Source: Candidatus Latescibacterota bacterium
GTDB taxonomy: Bacteria > Latescibacterota > UBA2968 > GCA-2709665
Length of the DNA stretch: 64,000 bases
Reading direction: 5' to 3'
Assembly: GCA_965248435.1 (NCBI GenBank)
Contig: OZ252100.1
Coordinates: 576,001-640,000, forward strand
A model generated the notes under the pieces. The model was given only the letters and a program-made list of their open reading frames with translations. It did no database searches and was not told the origin of the DNA. Shown here in pieces: positions 44,192 to 54,020 of this stretch; within the stretch, counting starts at the first letter, position 1, and every line of letters begins with the position of its first letter. The translations under genes and the position numbers were made by a program.

Positions 44192-44596
44192 TCACGCAGC
44201 CCGCTCCTCGCTCTGATCGGGAATCTGCGCAACCACCCACTCCAGTGCGCCCCTTTTCCAAGCGTAGGCCAGTCCCACGAGGAGGATCGCCACAAAGATC
44301 ATCATCTCCACAAAGGCAAACCACCCGTACTGCATCAGGTCTTTGACGACCACGGCCCAGGGGTAAAGGAAAACGATCTCCACGTCGAAGATAATAAAAA
44401 CGAGAGCGACCACGTAGAAACGGATGTTGAACTGGATCCAGGACCCGCCCACCGGCTCTTCACCACACTCATACGTACTCAGCTTTTCGGCCGAGGGGTT
44501 CTTTGGACGGATAAGGCTCCCTAAAAACAGGTTGAAGATGATGAAGAAAGTACCTATACCTAGAAAAATCAATACATTAGCATAATCGATCAGCAT
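44192..44596 (-). CDS. nuoA: NADH-quinone oxidoreductase subunit A
   Basis: YECGEEP and [12 protein letters not shown] motifs. Confidence 0.95.
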   Translation of the reverse strand: MLIDYANVLIFLGIGTFFIIFNLFLGSLIRPKNPSAEKLSTYECGEEPVGGSWIQFNIRFYVVALVFIIFDVEIVFLYPWAVVVKDLMQYGWFAFVEMMIFVAILLVGLAYAWKRGALEWVVAQIPDQSEERAA

Positions 44597-44680
44597 TCTC
44601 GGGAATCCCTGCGCTAAGACGCGAAAGATGTGAACATCGGTAAAAACAAAAGGTTATGAAGATTTCCTGTTCGGAAATTT

Positions 44681-44710
44681 AAAATACCTAATAATACGTG
44701 CCCCTGTCAA
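44681..44710 (-). promoter_or_regulatory. Putative sigma70 promoter of the nuo operon
   Basis: Minus strand reads TTGACA-N18-TATTTT. Confidence 0.45.
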
Positions 44711-44833
44711 GTGGAAAACGCTTTCTTGATGTTTTCCGTTTGGACCCCGGCCATCCCTCGGACCAGCAGGCTTATATCCAATCATAACATTGGGTTATGC
44801 TCAACATTAGTAAAGGATGACGCTTCGACTTTA

Positions 44834-44865
44834 AACTTGACAATAAAGTATAGTTAAGTTATGTT
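44834..44865 (+). promoter_or_regulatory. suf promoter overlapped by an imperfect palindrome (candidate Rrf2 operator)
   Basis: TTGACA(44837)-N17-TATGTT; inverted repeat AACTTGAC-N11-GTTAAGTT. Confidence 0.65.
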
Positions 44866-44954
44866 TGGAGCTTGGAGGAGGGGCTTATTCACACGCTAAA
44901 CGTAAGAAAAGTTCCGCTTCTTCGCCACACATACTTTGCAGAAAGGGCCACTTG

Positions 44955-46421
44955 ATGAGCGGCGAAGTGAAACAACTGGAAGAACTCGCGGAGAGCGACT
45001 ACAAATACGGGTTCGTAACCAATATCGAGCAAGATTCGGCGCCGCCTGGGCTGAACGAAGACACCATCCGATTCATCTCCGCAAAGAAGAATGAGCCGGA
45101 ATGGCTCGTGGAATGGCGCCTTAAGGCCTATCACCACTGGCTCAAGATGGACGATCCGACGCGACGGCCCAAGAGCCGGCAGTGGGCCAGGGTCACCTAT
45201 CCCGACATCGACTATCAGGACATCATCTACTATTCCGCACCGAAAAAGGGGGGTGGACCGAGCAGCCTGGACGAGGTGGACCCGGAGCTCCTCTTGACTT
45301 ACGAGAAGCTGGGCATCCCACTCGAAGAACAGAAAATGCTGTCCGGCGTTGCGGTAGACGCCGTCTTCGACTCCGTTTCCGTGGCCACAACGTTCCAGGG
45401 AAAACTGGCCGAGGAGGGCATCATCTTCGGTCCCTTCTCCGAAGCCGTCCAGGAACATCCCGACCTTGTGCGGAAATACCTCGGGTCCGTGGTTCCCTAC
45501 AACGACAACTTTTTCGCTGCATTGAACTCCGCGGTGTTCACCGACGGTTCATTCTGCTACATCCCCAAAGGGGTGCGTTGCCCGATGGAGCTTTCCACCT
45601 ATTTTCGGATCAACGCATCCAAGACGGGCCAGTTCGAGCGGACCCTCATCATCGCCGACGAAGGCAGCTACGTCAGCTACCTCGAGGGATGTACCGCGCC
45701 GATGCGGGACGAAAACCAGCTCCACGCCGCCGTCGTCGAGCTGGTGACCCACGACGACGCGCAGATAAAGTATTCCACCATCCAGAACTGGTATCCCGGC
45801 AATGCAGAGGGTAAGGGTGGTATCTATAACTTCGTGACCAAGCGAGGCGCGTGCCGGGGTGCAAACTCCAAGATCTCCTGGACACAGGTCGAAACCGGCT
45901 CGGCCATCACCTGGAAGTATCCCAGCTGTATCCTTCAAGGCGATAACTCTGTCGGCGAATTTTATTCGATAGCCGTAACCACCGGGCATCAACAGGCCGA
46001 CACCGGGACCAAGATGATCCACATCGGCAAGAACACCAGAAGCACGGTCATATCGAAGGGGATTTCCGGCATCTACGGCCAGAATACCTACCGGGGCGGC
46101 GTAAAAGTCCTCAAGGGCGCAGACCGGGCAAGGAACTTTACACAGTGTGACTCGCTGCTCATCGGCGATCGCTGCGGAGCGCACACCTTCCCTTACATCG
46201 AGGTCAAGAATCCGACGGCGCAGGTGGAGCACGAGGCCTCCACATCCAAGATCGGCGAGGATCAGATCTTCTACTGTAACCAGCGAGGAATCCCGACCGA
46301 AGACGCCGTTTCTATGATCGTCAACGGCTTCTGCAAGGAGGTCCTTGCAGAGCTGCCCATGGAGTTCGCGGTCGAAGCCCAGAAACTGCTCGGCATCAGT
46401 CTCGAGGGCAGCGTCGGCTAA
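44955..46421 (+). CDS. sufB: Fe-S cluster assembly protein SufB
   Basis: [21 protein letters not shown] and EHEASTSKI motifs. Confidence 0.97.
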   Translation: MSGEVKQLEELAESDYKYGFVTNIEQDSAPPGLNEDTIRFISAKKNEPEWLVEWRLKAYHHWLKMDDPTRRPKSRQWARVTYPDIDYQDIIYYSAPKKGGGPSSLDEVDPELLLTYEKLGIPLEEQKMLSGVAVDAVFDSVSVATTFQGKLAEEGIIFGPFSEAVQEHPDLVRKYLGSVVPYNDNFFAALNSAVFTDGSFCYIPKGVRCPMELSTYFRINASKTGQFERTLIIADEGSYVSYLEGCTAPMRDENQLHAAVVELVTHDDAQIKYSTIQNWYPGNAEGKGGIYNFVTKRGACRGANSKISWTQVETGSAITWKYPSCILQGDNSVGEFYSIAVTTGHQQADTGTKMIHIGKNTRSTVISKGISGIYGQNTYRGGVKVLKGADRARNFTQCDSLLIGDRCGAHTFPYIEVKNPTAQVEHEASTSKIGEDQIFYCNQRGIPTEDAVSMIVNGFCKEVLAELPMEFAVEAQKLLGISLEGSVG

Positions 46422-46438
46422 AACGAGTGGAGGAACGG

Positions 46439-47212
46439 ATGCTCGAAGTCAAGAATCTGCACGCAAGCGTCGAGGGCAATGAGATCCTTCGCGGCGTTAA
46501 CCTCAGCGTCGGCCGAGGCGAAATCCACGCGATTATGGGCCCGAACGGGTCAGGCAAGTCTACCCTGGCGCAGGTCCTGGCAGGACACGAGGCGTATGAA
46601 GTCACTGAAGGCGAGGTCATCTATCAGGGCGAAAACCTGCTGGAGCTTAACGCCGACGAGCGAGCACGGAAGGGGATCTTCATGGCCTTCCAGTACCCCG
46701 TGGAGATCCCGGGCGTCAACAGCGCCTATTTCCTCAAGGCGGCCCTGAACGAGGTCCGAAAAGCGCGGGGTGAGGAGGAACTGGATGCCCTCGATTTCCT
46801 GTCGCTGTCCAGGGAAAGGCTCAAACTGGTCGACATGGACGAAAGCCTTCTTAAGCGCTCCCTCAACGAGGGTTTTTCTGGGGGTGAAAAGAAGCGCAAC
46901 GAGATCTTTCAGATGGCGGTCCTGGAGCCCAAACTTGCGATTATGGACGAAACCGACTCCGGACTCGACATCGATGCGCTCAAGATCGTCGCGAACGGGG
47001 TGAACACCCTTCACGCACAGCAACCCAAAAGTTCGGTCGTCGTGGTGACCCACTATCAGAGACTGCTCGACTACATCGTTCCCGACCAGGTTCACGTCTT
47101 ACTCAACGGCCGAATCGTCAGATCGGGCGGGAAGGACCTGGCTCTGCAGCTGGAGGAAAAAGGTTACGATTGGATTCGGGAAGCGCACGAGGCAGAAGCC
47201 GTCACCGTATAG
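46439..47212 (+). CDS. sufC: Fe-S cluster assembly ATPase SufC
   Basis: [19 protein letters not shown] and [12 protein letters not shown] motifs. Confidence 0.97.
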   Translation: MLEVKNLHASVEGNEILRGVNLSVGRGEIHAIMGPNGSGKSTLAQVLAGHEAYEVTEGEVIYQGENLLELNADERARKGIFMAFQYPVEIPGVNSAYFLKAALNEVRKARGEEELDALDFLSLSRERLKLVDMDESLLKRSLNEGFSGGEKKRNEIFQMAVLEPKLAIMDETDSGLDIDALKIVANGVNTLHAQQPKSSVVVVTHYQRLLDYIVPDQVHVLLNGRIVRSGGKDLALQLEEKGYDWIREAHEAEAVTV

Positions 47213-47227
47213 GGGAACAGCCTAACC

Positions 47228-48568
47228 ATGGCACAGCCCGCACCGGACGCAAAGGATGCCTACCTTTCTGCCTACAGGGAATTCGAGAAGGGTCTGAACG
47301 GAGCCAGCCGCTCGCCCATCGACAGACTGCGCAGGCAGGCTGTCGATCGGTTTGAAAGCCTCGAATTTCCGACGACGGCGGATGAGGCTTGGCGATACAC
47401 GAACGTGGCTCCGATTGTAAGCACCTCGTTCAAGCAGGTGATGAGCGGCACTCCGCCTCGGCTGTCTGCGAAGCAGATCAAGCCCTTCACGTTCAACGGG
47501 ACCCAATTGGTCTTCGTGAACGGCCAGTACGCTCCGGAGCTTTCTTCGCTCGAAAATCTGCCCCGTGGAGCCAAGGCTGTTTGCCTAAAGGCGGCTATCG
47601 ACTCCGACGATGACCTCCTGTCAAGGCACCTCGGTCAACACGCGGACTATGAAGCGCAGCCCTTTACCGCGCTCAACACTGCATTCGTCCACGACGGGGC
47701 GCTTATCCATGTTCCAGGCAACACGGTCGTCGAAGCACCGATCAACGTCCTCTTTGTTTCGACCGCGAACGGACAACCGACCGTCTCCCACCCGCGCTGC
47801 CTCGTTCTTGCCGAATCCCACAGCCAGGTTTCGATCGTCGAAACCTACGCGGGACTTGGGACAACCCCCTACTTCACGAATGCGGTTACCGAGATCGTAG
47901 CGGGTGAAAACGCGGTTGTCGACCACTATAAGCTCGTCCTGGAAGGCGACGAGGCCTTCCACGTCGCCACAACACAAACCTGCCAGGAGCACGCCGCCAA
48001 CGTCTCCACTCACACGATCTCCCTGGGGGGACGTCTCGTCCGCAACGACGTTAACGCCCGCCTGTCCGGCGAGGGAGGCGAGGCCACAGTGAATGGTTTC
48101 TACCTGCTCGACGGGGCGCAGCACGTGGATAATCACACGTTGATCGAGCACGTCGAACCTCACTGCACCAGCCACGAGCTCTTCAAGGGCATCCTGGACG
48201 GAAAATCCAAAGGGGTTTTTCGCGGAAAGATTTTCGTCCATCAGAAGGCACAAAAGACAGACGCCTACCAGACCAACCAGAACCTGCTCCTCTCCGGGGA
48301 TGCCGGAGTCACCGCCAAGCCGCAGCTCGAAATCTACGCAGACGACGTCAAGTGTTCTCACGGGGCCACGATCGGCCAGATGGATGAAAATGCCATCTTC
48401 TATCTCAGGTCTCGAGGTCTCGGCCCGGAAGCTGCCCGACAGATCCTGATCCAGGCATTTGCGGACGAAATACTCGACAGGATTCGTGTGGCTCCGGTCA
48501 GGGCGCGTCTAGGCGGTTGGGTCAGAGAAAAATTCGAACGCCTCCCGGGGCTGAGAAAGAAGCAGTGA
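47228..48568 (+). CDS. sufD: Fe-S cluster assembly protein SufD
   Basis: EAWRYT and KPQLEIYADDVKCSHGAT motifs. Confidence 0.95.
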   Translation: MAQPAPDAKDAYLSAYREFEKGLNGASRSPIDRLRRQAVDRFESLEFPTTADEAWRYTNVAPIVSTSFKQVMSGTPPRLSAKQIKPFTFNGTQLVFVNGQYAPELSSLENLPRGAKAVCLKAAIDSDDDLLSRHLGQHADYEAQPFTALNTAFVHDGALIHVPGNTVVEAPINVLFVSTANGQPTVSHPRCLVLAESHSQVSIVETYAGLGTTPYFTNAVTEIVAGENAVVDHYKLVLEGDEAFHVATTQTCQEHAANVSTHTISLGGRLVRNDVNARLSGEGGEATVNGFYLLDGAQHVDNHTLIEHVEPHCTSHELFKGILDGKSKGVFRGKIFVHQKAQKTDAYQTNQNLLLSGDAGVTAKPQLEIYADDVKCSHGATIGQMDENAIFYLRSRGLGPEAARQILIQAFADEILDRIRVAPVRARLGGWVREKFERLPGLRKKQ

Positions 48569-48572
48569 TGCG

Positions 48573-49850
48573 ATGAGCCTACCTTCCTACATCCTTACTG
48601 AAGATCCTTCCTGTCCGCTCGTCGAAAGGGCGGGGCCGTTCGACCCGGAAGCAGTCCGTTCTGATTTTCCAGTCCTGAAGCAGATCGTGAACGGCAAACC
48701 GCTCGTCTACCTGGACAATGCGGCGACGGCCCAGAAGCCGCGTCTCGTCATCGATGCACTCCAAAGCTACTACTCGTCTGAAAACGCCAACGTCCATCGG
48801 GGGGTTCACCACCTGAGCCAGGTCGCGACCGATTCCTACGAAGGCGCGCGACACAAAGTTCGACAGTTCCTGAATGCCGCACACGACAAAGAAATCGTCT
48901 TCGTGCGGGGAACGACCGAAGGAATCAATCTCGTGGCACAGACCTTCGGCAGGCAGAACGTGGGGCGGGGGGATGAAATCCTCATCTCCGAAATGGAGCA
49001 CCATTCCAACATCGTTCCCTGGCAGATTCTCTGTGAAGAAAATGGGGCGACCCTGCGCGTCATTCCCATTAATGATCGTGGGGAATTGCTGATGGAGGAG
49101 TACGAGAAGCTGCTCACCCCACGGACGAAGCTCGTTTCGGTCGCACACGTTTCAAATGTCCTCGGCACCCTCAATCCCGTTTACGACATCGTGAACCTCG
49201 CCCATGAGTGCGGTATCCCAGTGCTCTTTGACGGCGCGCAGGCCGTTCCCCATCTGGAGGTGGACGTCCAGGACCTGGATTGCGATTTCTACGTCTTCTC
49301 GAGCCACAAACTTTACGGCCCTACGGGAATCGGCGTACTCTATGGAAAGGCCGAACACCTTGAGGCCATGCCCCCCTATCAAGGTGGGGGAAGCATGATT
49401 CGATCTGTTACGTTCGAAAAAACAACCTATGCCGACCCCCCTAACAAGTTCGAGGCCGGCACGCCTCCAATCTCGGGCGGAATCGGGCTTGGGGCGGCCA
49501 TCGATTACCTGGCACAGATCGGTTTGGACCACGCCGCAGCCCATGAAGCGGACCTCCTGTCCTACGCCACGCAGGTCCTCTCAGAGATACCGGGCCTCAG
49601 ACTCATCGGTACGGCACGGGAAAAAGTGAGCGTGCTTTCGTTCGTACTCGAGGGAGTGCACCCCCACGATATCGGGACTATTCTTGATCAGCAAGGCGTC
49701 GCTGTCCGTGCCGGTCATCACTGCGCGCAGCCTTTGATGCGGCGCTACGGGATTGACGCGACAACCCGCGCAGCCATCGCGTGCTACAACACCAAAAGTG
49801 ACATCGATGCCATGGTCCGCGGTCTCTACAAAGTGCTGGAGATATTCTGA
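48573..49850 (+). CDS. sufS: Cysteine desulfurase SufS
   Basis: YLDNAATAQKP, SSHKLYGPTG (PLP Lys) and RAGHHCAQP motifs. Confidence 0.96.
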   Translation: MSLPSYILTEDPSCPLVERAGPFDPEAVRSDFPVLKQIVNGKPLVYLDNAATAQKPRLVIDALQSYYSSENANVHRGVHHLSQVATDSYEGARHKVRQFLNAAHDKEIVFVRGTTEGINLVAQTFGRQNVGRGDEILISEMEHHSNIVPWQILCEENGATLRVIPINDRGELLMEEYEKLLTPRTKLVSVAHVSNVLGTLNPVYDIVNLAHECGIPVLFDGAQAVPHLEVDVQDLDCDFYVFSSHKLYGPTGIGVLYGKAEHLEAMPPYQGGGSMIRSVTFEKTTYADPPNKFEAGTPPISGGIGLGAAIDYLAQIGLDHAAAHEADLLSYATQVLSEIPGLRLIGTAREKVSVLSFVLEGVHPHDIGTILDQQGVAVRAGHHCAQPLMRRYGIDATTRAAIACYNTKSDIDAMVRGLYKVLEIF

Positions 49851-49851
49851 C

Positions 49852-50298
49852 ATGCTAGACTTGCGTGAGCTCTACCAACAGGTGATCCTGGATCACAACA
49901 AGAGCCCTCGCAACTTTAGAGAGCTTGTGGATGCCAATCGGTCGGCGGAGGGGTATAACCCCCTCTGTGGCGACAAATTTAGCGTCTATTTAAAGCTTGG
50001 AGATGGCCGGATCGACGATATTACGTTTCAAGGCTCGGGCTGTGCGATCTCGAAGGCCTCCGCCTCGATGATGACTTCCCTCTTAAAGGGACAGAGCGTG
50101 GAGGAAGCCGAAGCGCTCTTCGGAAAATTTCACGACCTGGTGGCGGGGGATACCTCCCCCGACCTCGAGGAGGTAGGCAAGCTTGCCGTGTTTGCAGGTG
50201 TGAAAGAATTCCCGACTCGCATCAAATGTGCAACCCTGGCGTGGCACACGCTGAAAGCAGCGCTCCGGGGAAAAGGGGATCACGTCACGACTGAATAG
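49852..50298 (+). CDS. sufU: SUF system NifU-like protein SufU
   Basis: LYQQVILDH, NPLCGD, GCAISKAS and RIKCATLAW motifs. Confidence 0.95.
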   Translation: MLDLRELYQQVILDHNKSPRNFRELVDANRSAEGYNPLCGDKFSVYLKLGDGRIDDITFQGSGCAISKASASMMTSLLKGQSVEEAEALFGKFHDLVAGDTSPDLEEVGKLAVFAGVKEFPTRIKCATLAWHTLKAALRGKGDHVTTE

Positions 50299-50316
50299 AA
50301 ATAGGAGGCAATCCTG

Positions 50317-50856
50317 GTGCTTAGAAGATTCCTAAATCGAGCCTTTCAGAGTACGATGAACCGACTATTCAATCTTCCGGCCGAGGCTCCGAAGCAGACC
50401 GAAACACCTCAAGCGGCGGATCCGAAAACGAAAGAGGAAGAGACGAGTCCGGTTAACGTCCAGGCCCTGACCTCCTACGGGGACCAGAAGTCGGAGGAGG
50501 TTGTAGAGCGCACGGCACAGCTAGAAGCCTCAGCTGAGCCGGGCGTGGACGCCACCGACGTGGAAAAGAAGATTGTGGAGATTATTGGCACGGTCTACGA
50601 CCCCGAGATTCCAGTAAACATCTATGAACTCGGACTGATCTACGAAACCCGTATCGAGCCATCTGGAATGGCGCACGTCAAGATGACCCTTACCTCTCCG
50701 AACTGCCCGGCCGCGGCCACACTCCCCGCGGAGGTAGAGAGCAAGGTTCGCAGCGTTCCTGGCGTCAGAGATGTCGTTCTGGACCTGGTCTTCGATCCAC
50801 CCTGGAATCCCGATATGATGTCCGAGGCCGCGAAACTCGAACTTGGCATGCTGTAA
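50317..50856 (+). CDS. sufT: SufT / MIP18 (DUF59) Fe-S assembly protein
   Basis: VYDPEIPVNIYELGLIY, MTLTSPNCP and FDPPW motifs; disordered N-terminal extension. Confidence 0.85.
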   Translation: MLRRFLNRAFQSTMNRLFNLPAEAPKQTETPQAADPKTKEEETSPVNVQALTSYGDQKSEEVVERTAQLEASAEPGVDATDVEKKIVEIIGTVYDPEIPVNIYELGLIYETRIEPSGMAHVKMTLTSPNCPAAATLPAEVESKVRSVPGVRDVVLDLVFDPPWNPDMMSEAAKLELGML

Positions 50857-50889
50857 CAACCCGATTTTGGCACAGAACGGGGGCGGGAA

Positions 50890-51375
50890 ATGAAGCTGAG
50901 TGCTCAGGAAGAATACGGACTGCGGTGCCTCATTCAGATTGGTCGGAACGAACTCGAGGTCGGTGGTGACCTCACGATTGCGGAAATCAGCCAGGCGGAG
51001 GGGCTTTCCATCCCGAACGTGGCGAAGCTGATGCGCATCTTACGGCTAGGAGGCTTCGTGGATAGCGCCAGGGGCCAGGCCGGTGGCTACAGGCTTTCAA
51101 GACCCGCCGATCAGATCGTCGTGGGTGACGTCCTTGCGGTTCTGGGAGGACGTCTCTTTGGCCCGAACTTCTGCGATGAGCACACCGGAGTCGCCGAGCT
51201 CTGCACGCATTCTGTAGACTGCTCCGTCCGCTCGCTTTGGAACGCCGTGCAGTCCGTAATCGACCAAATGCTCGGCCGCGTTACACTCAAAGATCTGCTG
51301 GTTCGCGAGGAAGATGAACTGAGCGGATGCTTTCGGGATATGGCCGACGATGTTCTCCGGGTCGTTCCCAATTGA
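50890..51375 (+). CDS. Rrf2-family transcriptional regulator with three Cys Fe-S ligands
   Basis: EEYGLRCL, SARGQAGGYRLSR and FCDEH...LCTHSVDCSVRSLW motifs. Confidence 0.9.
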   Translation: MKLSAQEEYGLRCLIQIGRNELEVGGDLTIAEISQAEGLSIPNVAKLMRILRLGGFVDSARGQAGGYRLSRPADQIVVGDVLAVLGGRLFGPNFCDEHTGVAELCTHSVDCSVRSLWNAVQSVIDQMLGRVTLKDLLVREEDELSGCFRDMADDVLRVVPN

Positions 51376-51436
51376 CGCACTGCCTGATTCTTCGTATCAT
51401 ACTTACACTGCGATGATTCGATAACTGGAGATCGAA

Positions 51437-51958
51437 ATGGGCTTGGAGACGAACCTAGGCGAGAACGTAATTACCACCACGCTGGACAAGATGATCAATT
51501 GGGCTCGGAAGAGCTCGCTCTGGCCGATGCCCTTCGGCACAGCGTGCTGTGCCATCGAAATGATGGCTACGCTTTCTGGACGCTTCGACATGGCGCGTTT
51601 CGGGGCCGAGGCTGTCCGCTTCTCGCCGAGACAGTCGGATCTTCTGATCGTGTCAGGCCGAGTCTGTATCAAAATGATGCCTGTGCTGAAAAAGATCTAC
51701 GACCAGATGCCCGATCCAAAGTGGGTGATTTCGATGGGGGCCTGCGCCTCTTCCGGGGGGGTCTTCAACACATATACGATGGTTCAGGGTGTGGATCAAT
51801 TTCTTCCCGTCGATGTCTACGTCCCGGGTTGCCCACCTCGGCCGGAAGATCTGCTGTACGCGCTGATGAAAATTCAAGATAAGATAGACCGAGAACATCC
51901 AACTAAAAGTGTCGAACAGGGCAGTCAGGGCAAAGCTGCCTTACACGCCGGAGGATAA
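51437..51958 (+). CDS. nuoB: Second, stand-alone NuoB paralog
   Basis: [27 protein letters not shown] and VPGCPPRPE motifs. Confidence 0.92.
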   Translation: MGLETNLGENVITTTLDKMINWARKSSLWPMPFGTACCAIEMMATLSGRFDMARFGAEAVRFSPRQSDLLIVSGRVCIKMMPVLKKIYDQMPDPKWVISMGACASSGGVFNTYTMVQGVDQFLPVDVYVPGCPPRPEDLLYALMKIQDKIDREHPTKSVEQGSQGKAALHAGG

Positions 51959-51960
51959 CA

Positions 51961-52542
51961 ATGGTAACCGTTACCGAGGTTGCACAGAAAGAAGTCGTCA
52001 GGCTCATGGAAGACCAGGAGGCCAAGTTGAACGGTGTCAGGGTGAAGGCCGAGGCCACGTCTCCGCTCCAGGCGAACTACCGGCTGTCTTTCCTCGGTGA
52101 GGGCCAGGAAACCCCCGAGGACGAGGTCATCCCGTTCGAGGGCTTCAATGTTTACATCGATTCAGAAAGCTCACCCTTCTGTCAGGACATCACGCTCGAC
52201 TTCGTGGACGGCTTGACCGGAAAGGGTTTCAAAATTGACAACCCGAACCGGGTGCCACCCCACTTGAAGGGCACGGCGGCCGAAAAGGTTCAGCAGATCA
52301 TCGACGACAAAATTAATCCAAGCGTGGCCTCCCACGGAGGGTTCGTGTCTTTGATAGACGTGAAGGACAACGTGGCTTATGTCCAGTTCGGAGGGGGCTG
52401 CCAGGGGTGTGGTATGGTCGACGTCACCCTCAAGCAAGGGGTTGAAGTCCTGATCAAAGAGGCCATACCGGAGATAGAGCAAATCATGGACATCACCGAC
52501 CACGCAGACGGAACAAATCCCTATTACCAGCCTTCGAAGTAA
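51961..52542 (+). CDS. nfuA: NfuA-type Fe-S carrier (degenerate A-type domain plus NifU-C domain)
   Basis: VTVTEVA...FKIDNPN N-domain; INPSVASHGG, GGCQGC and DITDHADGTNPYY motifs. Confidence 0.9.
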   Translation: MVTVTEVAQKEVVRLMEDQEAKLNGVRVKAEATSPLQANYRLSFLGEGQETPEDEVIPFEGFNVYIDSESSPFCQDITLDFVDGLTGKGFKIDNPNRVPPHLKGTAAEKVQQIIDDKINPSVASHGGFVSLIDVKDNVAYVQFGGGCQGCGMVDVTLKQGVEVLIKEAIPEIEQIMDITDHADGTNPYYQPSK

Positions 52543-52545
52543 GGG

Positions 52546-53982
52546 ATGCACACCAGAATCCGGAACAACGACGGCCCAGCTCTGAAAGTCGTTCTCATTT
52601 CGACTTACGAGTTGGGCCGTCAGCCTTTTGGCCTGGCCTCCCCCGCTGCCTGGCTGAGGCGTGCGGGGATGGAGGTCGCCACCGCCGACCTCTCAGTTGG
52701 AGATCTGCCCGAAGCAGCAGTAATCGCAGCTGATCTTGTTGCGTTCTACATCCCCATGTACACCGCAACCCGCCTTGCCGTGCCGGTCGTGGAACGCGTA
52801 AAGGCTGCAAACCCCCATACGCACATCTGCTTTTATGGTCTTTACGCCTCCGTAAACGAAATCTATCTACGAAATCTGGGCGCCCAAACCATCCTCGGGG
52901 GAGAGTTCGAAGCAGGTCTGCTCCACCTCGCCAACTCACTTCAGGAATCGCGAGTCATCCACGAAAGGCAGACGGGGCCGGTCGTCTCTCTAGAGCGGCA
53001 GGATTTCCTGATCCCCGACAGAAGCGATCTTCCCCCGCTCTCCAGGTATGCCCGGCTCAAGGACGTGGACGATTCAGAGAAACAGGTCGGCTATGTAGAG
53101 GCCAGCCGAGGCTGCAAACACCTCTGCCGACATTGTCCGGTCGTACCGGTTTACGCTGGGAAATTCAGGATCGTCCAGCCTGAAATCGTGTTGGAGGACA
53201 TCCGCCGGCAGGTGTCCGCGGGGGCAGAGCACATCACGTTCGGAGATCCCGACTTTTTTAACGGGATCGGTCACGCCCTTCCTCTGGTCGAGACCCTTCA
53301 AAGGGAATTCCCAGATCTGACCTACGATGTGACGATCAAGGTCGAGCACCTCCTCCAGCACGCGAAGCATATCCCAACCCTTCGGGAAACCGGATGCAAA
53401 ATCATCACGACGGCCGTGGAATCGCTCGACGATACCGTCCTTTTCAAGTTGAACAAAGGCCACACCCGCGCAGACTTTATCCAGGCGCTCCAGATCTGCC
53501 GAGAGCATCTCATCACTTTGAATCCCACATTCATTCCGTTTTCTCCGTGGACCACGGCTGAGGGATATGCAGATCTCCTGGAAACCCTCAGCGATCTGGA
53601 ACTGATCGAAGAGGTCGCACCCGTCCAGTTGGCCATTCGCCTCCTGATACCTGAAGGGTCTCTGCTCCTGGAGCTAGCTGACATTCAGGAAGTGATTGCG
53701 CCTTTCCATCCGCAAAGCCTGAGTTACCCCTGGAAGCACGCAGAGCCGCGCGTCGACCAGCTTCAGGAAGTCATCAGCGGGATCATCAAAAGAGGTTTAG
53801 CCGAAAAGGCGTCCAGGAAAGAGATCTTCGGAGCGGTCTGGGAAGAGGCAAACACTTTGGCGGACCGCGCTCCGCCCGTTTATGACCCGGCGCCCCAACC
53901 GTCCCTTGCTACAATCCCCTACCTGACCGAGCCATGGTATTGCTGAGCGGAACCGACCGAAGAGCAGTTTGCTCTTACGTAG
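52546..53982 (+). CDS. CUAEP-tail radical SAM selenoprotein (TGA 53944-53946 read as Sec)
   Basis: B12-binding-like N-domain and CKHLCRHC radical SAM motif. Tail reads YLTEPWYC-U-AEPTEEQFALT to TAG at 53980-53982. Confidence 0.88.
53958..53979 (+). promoter_or_regulatory. Candidate bacterial SECIS hairpin
   Basis: CG-AAGAGCA-GTT-TGCTCTT-A-CG stem-loop beginning 11 nt after the UGA. Confidence 0.7.
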
Positions 53983-54020
53983 ATGTGCAGGCGATGTTGT
54001 GATTCATAGAAAGGCAACCG

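Noticed and set aside
44097-44324. Small ORFs between or overlapping nuoA and nuoB
   Set aside because: They overlap nuoA out of frame and have no RBS or motif; likely shadow ORFs.
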